Positions 60,301 to 64,000 of a stretch of DNA of 64,000 bases are shown here, in pieces. Both the position numbers and the translations under genes were made by a program. This stretch comes from an uncultured bacterium (GTDB taxonomy: Bacteria; Verrucomicrobiota; Verrucomicrobiia; Verrucomicrobiales; DEV007): NCBI GenBank assembly GCA_963977015.1, contig CAXBMO010000001.1:352001-416000 (forward strand). Reading direction: 5' to 3'. Numbering within the stretch: the stretch's first letter is position 1; the number at the start of each line of letters is the position of its first letter. Under the pieces are notes generated by a model. That model saw nothing but the letters and a program-made list of their open reading frames with translations. It had not been told where the DNA came from and made no database searches.

Positions 60301-61461
60301 CTGAAGGCCGGTGGCGATGAACGGTATCAGATTCACGGCGAAATCGGGCGGGGAGGGCTCGGCGTCGTGTATCGCGCGACCGACACCGAATTGGGCCGGG
60401 AGGTTGCCATCAAGCGGGTGTTGGTGGATGCCGAGGGCGAAATCGATGGGCTGACCGATGGATTGATTGAGGAAGCGAAGATCCTTTCAACGCTGAATCA
60501 TCCCAACATCGTAACCGTGCACGACGTGGGCAAAGACGAGGACGGGCCGTATGTCGTGATGGAGCTTCTCGATGGCGAAACGCTCGATGACATCATCGCG
60601 CGGGCGGCGTTGCCACTCGATCAGTTCGAAGACTTTGTGGCTCAGGCGCTCGAAGGATTGATTGCCGCTCAATCCGTCAATCTGTTGCACCGGGATTTGA
60701 AGCCCGCCAACATCATGCTCGTCTGGCTTCCGAGCGGAAAATTTCAGGTTAAGATTCTCGACTTCGGGTTGGCCAAATTCGCAAAGGCACCGTCAGAGCA
60801 AACCATCGACCACAGCGATTCGATTCTGGGCTCGATCTTCTTCATGGCGCCGGAGCAATTCGAGCGCCTCCCCCTCGATGGGCGCACGGATCTGTATTCG
60901 ATGGGAGCCATCTTTTATTACGCATTGACCGGGCAGTACCCGTTCAACGGGACACAGGCGGCCAAGGTGATGGCGGCCCATCTCTATCATCAGGTCACGC
61001 CATTGCATGACTATCGGCCCGATGTTCCGGAGTCGGTAGTCGCTTGGATCGAAACTCTCTTCGCCCGCAACATGGACGATCGCCCCGCCGACGCGAAGGC
61101 CGCGCTCGAAGCCTGGAACCTGAAACCACCCGTGGACGAAAAACAGCTTCGCGAAGTCGCCAGCAACAATCCGGAAGTGGCGTCGCAATTGTTTGCCGAA
61201 TTCCGCGGCGAGACCAACGGATTGCTCGATCAGCTTCGCCGTGAACTCGGCGAAGGACAGGGAACGAGCGCCATGGAAACCGCCCAAACCATTCGCGGGA
61301 CTGCCTCCACTTTGGGATATACGGAAATCATTTCGATCGCCCGGGAAATCGAATCGCAAGTCGACTCCAATCCGGAGTATTGCCGGGCGTTGGTCGATCA
61401 ATTCCCTCCGGCGATGGAGCGACTGGAAGGAGCCCTTGAAAACTTAATCTGGAAAACATGA
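57301..61461 (+). CDS. Hybrid sensor kinase: TM-Cache-like-TM, HisKA, HATPase, REC, REC, HPt, Ser/Thr protein kinase, pseudo-HPt
   Basis: [25 protein letters not shown], two REC domains with Asp, THALKG. Then [24 protein letters not shown] and terminal AQTIRG. Confidence 0.9.
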   Translation: MRGSETKLARQLSRRIVLCSSFGFLCIGLIVSLVGIRPFYEQLKIEKKNQLIFAASNRRQTVDQVLARKKSIAAQITSRTKARQMLERFNAGEVPLEEAGAFVQPILTDALSRSLDVIGILRLDDQGKQFVGVGETIPPDLWVIPAPDAREPVLRGVIFSGDEPRLVVGAPITDREAKRVGTDVVLFTAGELRRIVQDYSGLGETGEMILGAARESGPEAFFPFRDGKSDSSPVREAIALAGNGATGVLSRDNAEGHEDLVAYEPLTHAPWSVLVKMDQQELFAYVRGQMLQVGLILASLIAGGTAGMLILLRPLAGKVILHTDEMEKEVRQKTASYEEAKLAAEQANRAKSEFLANMSHEIRTPMNGVLGMTELLLDTDQTPEQRQYQLLAKQSAETLLDLLNDILDFSKIEAGKLELEEAPFDLGESLGDTLQTLSLRAGQKGVELAYHIPQEVPRWLLGDVARLRQVIVNLVGNAIKFTERGEIVVRVKLAAKTEDAVELHFSVRDTGLGIPIEKQDHIFESFEQADASTTRKFGGTGLGLAISRRIAEKMGGKIWVESEEGKGSDFQFTGHFRISQEAPPEAAESLDLREITKSLLDLPVLIVDDNDTNRLILEEILRNWELKPVSTSSGREGLDSFAKVSGSDDAIQLVLLDFMMPEMDGLEFARNLRELPEGDEVTIIMLTSAAKPPGREILDELRISRALTKPAKQSDLLDAIMEALGPATRGPDTVEIAKSTVVSDEASLHFLVAEDGRVNQAVATQLLKKHGHTATVVENGREAIEALNVAQFDAILMDVQMPVMNGYEATAVIRQQEKDDPGGRHIPIIAMTANAMKGDREKCLEAGMDDYVAKPVRPAELYEAIGRLKTVRKVKKPAVREPAEKNLDHLEVFDAKTFRETMGGEDLMRTLIVEFRQESQMIMERLETALVGADGDKLHEATHALKGLVGTFCADRAFEVGSRLNAAARGGDMEAARDLFPRMEREMGDLGKALTEFRGELKAGGDERYQIHGEIGRGGLGVVYRATDTELGREVAIKRVLVDAEGEIDGLTDGLIEEAKILSTLNHPNIVTVHDVGKDEDGPYVVMELLDGETLDDIIARAALPLDQFEDFVAQALEGLIAAQSVNLLHRDLKPANIMLVWLPSGKFQVKILDFGLAKFAKAPSEQTIDHSDSILGSIFFMAPEQFERLPLDGRTDLYSMGAIFYYALTGQYPFNGTQAAKVMAAHLYHQVTPLHDYRPDVPESVVAWIETLFARNMDDRPADAKAALEAWNLKPPVDEKQLREVASNNPEVASQLFAEFRGETNGLLDQLRRELGEGQGTSAMETAQTIRGTASTLGYTEIISIAREIESQVDSNPEYCRALVDQFPPAMERLEGALENLIWKT

Positions 61462-61865
61462 AAGCAGCCAAAATTCTCATCGCCGACGACGGACGTGTCA
61501 TCCGAACGGCGATTTCCCGTAAACTCGAAGAAGAAGGATACGCTGTCACTGCGGTCGCCAGCGGCCAGGAGACGCTGGAGGTGATGGAACACGATTCGTT
61601 CGATCTGGTGGTGCTCGACATCCACATGCCGGGCATCGACGGGATCGAGGCGCTGCGCCAGTTGCGGCAAAAACACAGCGCCGTTCAATTGCCGGTCATC
61701 ATGGCGACGGCCAAGGATGAAGATGAAGACATCGTCAGCTGCTTCGAGGCTGGAGCGAGCGATTTTGTCTCCAAGCCGATCAATTTTCCGGTGCTCTTCG
61801 CCAGGATCGACACGCACCTGCGATTGAAGCAGGCCATGGAGAAGTTGGCTCAGCGCAATCCCTGA
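61458..61865 (+). CDS. Single-domain response regulator
   Basis: [30 protein letters not shown] overlap with the kinase. Confidence 0.92.
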   Translation: MKAAKILIADDGRVIRTAISRKLEEEGYAVTAVASGQETLEVMEHDSFDLVVLDIHMPGIDGIEALRQLRQKHSAVQLPVIMATAKDEDEDIVSCFEAGASDFVSKPINFPVLFARIDTHLRLKQAMEKLAQRNP

Positions 61866-61930
61866 AACGGGACTCAAGCAGGAAGTAAAATGGTTGCAAT
61901 ACGGCCAGTTCGTGGCTCTTACCTCAACTC

Positions 61931-62791
61931 GTGAATCTGGAAACCTATTTAGCCCAACGCCGTTCCCTGGTCGAATCCGCTCTCGAAGCGGCTTTGCCCG
62001 AAGCCACGGAACCCCCTGAGACGATTCATCGCGCCATGCGTCACAGCATGTTTGCGGGAGGAAAACGATTGCGACCGATCCTCTGTCTGGCGGCTGCGGA
62101 AGCCTGCGATGGCAGTGTCGAGGATGCCATGCCGGGAGCGGTTTCCGTGGAATGCCTGCATACCTACACCCTGATTCACGACGATTTGCCGTGCATGGAT
62201 GACGATGATTTTCGGCGGGGCCATCCGACCTGCCACAAGGTTTACGGAGAGGGGATGGCGGTTCTGGCGGGGGATGCGCTTCAAGCCCTAGCGTTTGAGA
62301 TCGCAGCGGGGCAGGGGAGTGAGTTTGCCCGCGAGCTGGCGGTTACCGGAGGAAGCCGGAAACTGGTCGGTGGTCAGGTTCTGGATTTGGAGGGCGAAAC
62401 CAAGCAATTGACCCTGGACGAGCTGAAATTCGTTCACCTGTCGAAAACAGCCGCGTTATTGACGACCAGCATTCGATTTGGTGGGATGAGTGCGGGGGCG
62501 AACGAAGAAGAGCTCGAACAGTTGACCCGATTTGGCGAAGCGGCGGGATTGGCGTTTCAGGTCATCGACGACATCCTGGACGTCACCAAAACGAGCGAGG
62601 AACTCGGCAAAAGCGCCGGAAAAGACGAAGCTTCGGACAAATCCACCTTTCCTGCGTTGCTCGGCCTGAAGGAGTCTCGAAAAGAGGCCGATCGATTGAC
62701 AAAAGAAGCCCATTCCTGCCTCGAAATCTTTGGGGAAAAAGCCGAGGCCCTGCGCGCCCTGGCCGATTATCTGCTCAATCGCGATTATTAG
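61931..62791 (+). CDS. ispA: Polyprenyl (farnesyl/geranylgeranyl) diphosphate synthase
   Basis: GGKRLRP, IHDDLPCMDDDDFRRG, FQVIDDILD, GKD. Confidence 0.93.
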   Translation: MNLETYLAQRRSLVESALEAALPEATEPPETIHRAMRHSMFAGGKRLRPILCLAAAEACDGSVEDAMPGAVSVECLHTYTLIHDDLPCMDDDDFRRGHPTCHKVYGEGMAVLAGDALQALAFEIAAGQGSEFARELAVTGGSRKLVGGQVLDLEGETKQLTLDELKFVHLSKTAALLTTSIRFGGMSAGANEEELEQLTRFGEAAGLAFQVIDDILDVTKTSEELGKSAGKDEASDKSTFPALLGLKESRKEADRLTKEAHSCLEIFGEKAEALRALADYLLNRDY

Positions 62792-63004
62792 GGAAAAATC
62801 GCCTCCAAACAGAAAATTCGAGTTTTCGAATTTGATGCTTGGCATTTGCGATTTGCGATCTAAGTTCCGCCCCGCTTTTATCCCGGCCATGCTGGAGCCC
62901 CGATTTGTGCCAACGGAGAATGCGGAACCAGATCCTTTCGAATTCGGGGCAACGTCGGAAGTCTGAACCAACCTAACAACCTAACCCTAACCCTAACCAA
63001 ATAT

Positions 63005-64000
63005 ATGGCAGCTGCCATCGTTTCAAAAAATCCCGAGTTGAGTGCTCTGATCAGTCAGAACTTTCGCACCTTCCGGGAAAACTCGATCGTCAAGGGAACC
63101 ATCCTTGAGATCAAACAGCAGGTCGTCCTCGTCGACGTCGGCTACAAATCCGAGGGCGTCATTCCCATTTCCGAGTTCGAAGACGAGGAATTTGAAGTTA
63201 ATGACGAAATCGAAGTTCTTCTCGAACGCCTCGAAAATGATGAGGGCATGGTCGTCCTCTCCAAGGAAAAAGCCGCTCACAAGCAAAACTGGGACAAGAT
63301 CGTCAAAGTTTTCGAAGATGGTGGACTCGTTCGCGGCAAGGTCAAGAGCGTCGTCAAAGGCGGACTCATGGTCAATGTCGGTGTCGAAGCGTTCCTGCCA
63401 GGTTCGCAAATCGACATCATTCCTCCAAAGGATCTCAACGAATACGTCGGCAACGTCTACGAATTCAAGATCGTCAAGGTCAACGACGACCGGAAGAACA
63501 TCGTTCTCTCACGCCGTGAGGTGATCGAAGCTGAGCGCGCCGAGCAGCGGGCCAAGTTCCTCGACACCGTCAAGATCGGCGATCAGGTTGAAGGAATCGT
63601 CAAGAACATCACCGATTTCGGCGCATTCGTCGATTTGGCCGGGATGGACGGTTTGCTTCACATCACCGACATGAGCTGGGGACGCATCAATCACCCCAGC
63701 GAAATGCTGGCGATTGGCCAACCGGTTGCTGTTCAGATTCTGGACGTCGACAAGGAGAAAGAGCGCGTTTCGCTCGGCCTCAAGCAGCTTCAGGACAACC
63801 CTTGGGAAGACATCGAAGGACGTTTCCCGGTTGGTGCCGAAGTCAAAGGCCGCATCACCAAGTTGGTTCCTTACGGAGCGTTCGTGGAGATCGAGCCCGG
63901 CGTCGAAGGTCTTATCCACGTTTCCGAACTGTCCTGGACCAAGCGGATCACCCGCCCAAGCGACGTCTTGGAATTGGAACAGGAAGTCAAGGCGAGCGTT
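63005..64000 (+). CDS. rpsA: 30S ribosomal protein S1 (runs off the window end; absent from the ORF track)
   Basis: Manual translation MAAAIVSKNPEL...VDVGYKSEG...AFLPGSQ...NIVLSRR...DGLLHITDMSW. Confidence 0.96.
   Translation, partial: MAAAIVSKNPELSALISQNFRTFRENSIVKGTILEIKQQVVLVDVGYKSEGVIPISEFEDEEFEVNDEIEVLLERLENDEGMVVLSKEKAAHKQNWDKIVKVFEDGGLVRGKVKSVVKGGLMVNVGVEAFLPGSQIDIIPPKDLNEYVGNVYEFKIVKVNDDRKNIVLSRREVIEAERAEQRAKFLDTVKIGDQVEGIVKNITDFGAFVDLAGMDGLLHITDMSWGRINHPSEMLAIGQPVAVQILDVDKEKERVSLGLKQLQDNPWEDIEGRFPVGAEVKGRITKLVPYGAFVEIEPGVEGLIHVSELSWTKRITRPSDVLELEQEVKASV

Noticed and set aside
62966-63000. Telomere-like CCCTAA repeats suggesting eukaryotic contamination
   Set aside because: There are only two exact units, and they sit in the rpsA leader in clearly bacterial context.
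1-64000. CRISPR arrays, IS elements, prophage genes, rRNA
   Set aside because: I saw no regularly spaced direct repeats, no transposase, integrase or phage motifs, and no rRNA signatures by eye.

Overview
A 64 kb, gene-dense, moderately GC-rich bacterial chromosome segment. It is most consistent with a Verrucomicrobiales-type (PVC superphylum) heterotroph, inferred from two sulfatases, several sugar-isomerase TIM barrels, a planctomycete-type multiheme cytochrome, a SET-domain gene and the prs-rplY-pth-rpsF order. Housekeeping content includes dtd, ydbH-ynbE-ydbL, tex, gcvP, rlmH, comEC, tRNA-Gly(TCC), prs/rplY/pth/rpsF, recQ, rfbA, ispA and a partial rpsA. I saw no CRISPR array, transposase or integrase. 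Three loci stand out. (1) 50117-53174 is a two-gene unit with its own putative leaderless promoter: a 71-aa protein, then in frame across TAG plus 9 nt a 932-aa fusion of a papain/C39-like Cys protease and a xylose-isomerase-like TIM barrel whose N-terminus resembles the small protein. (2) 57301-61461 is one protein joining a hybrid histidine-kinase phosphorelay to a Hanks Ser/Thr kinase and a His-less pseudo-HPt. (3) 42529-45767 is a compact operon of a HemN-like radical SAM enzyme, a chorismate-lyase-like protein and a flavin halogenase-like protein. All family calls come from motif recognition by eye; no database searches were run.
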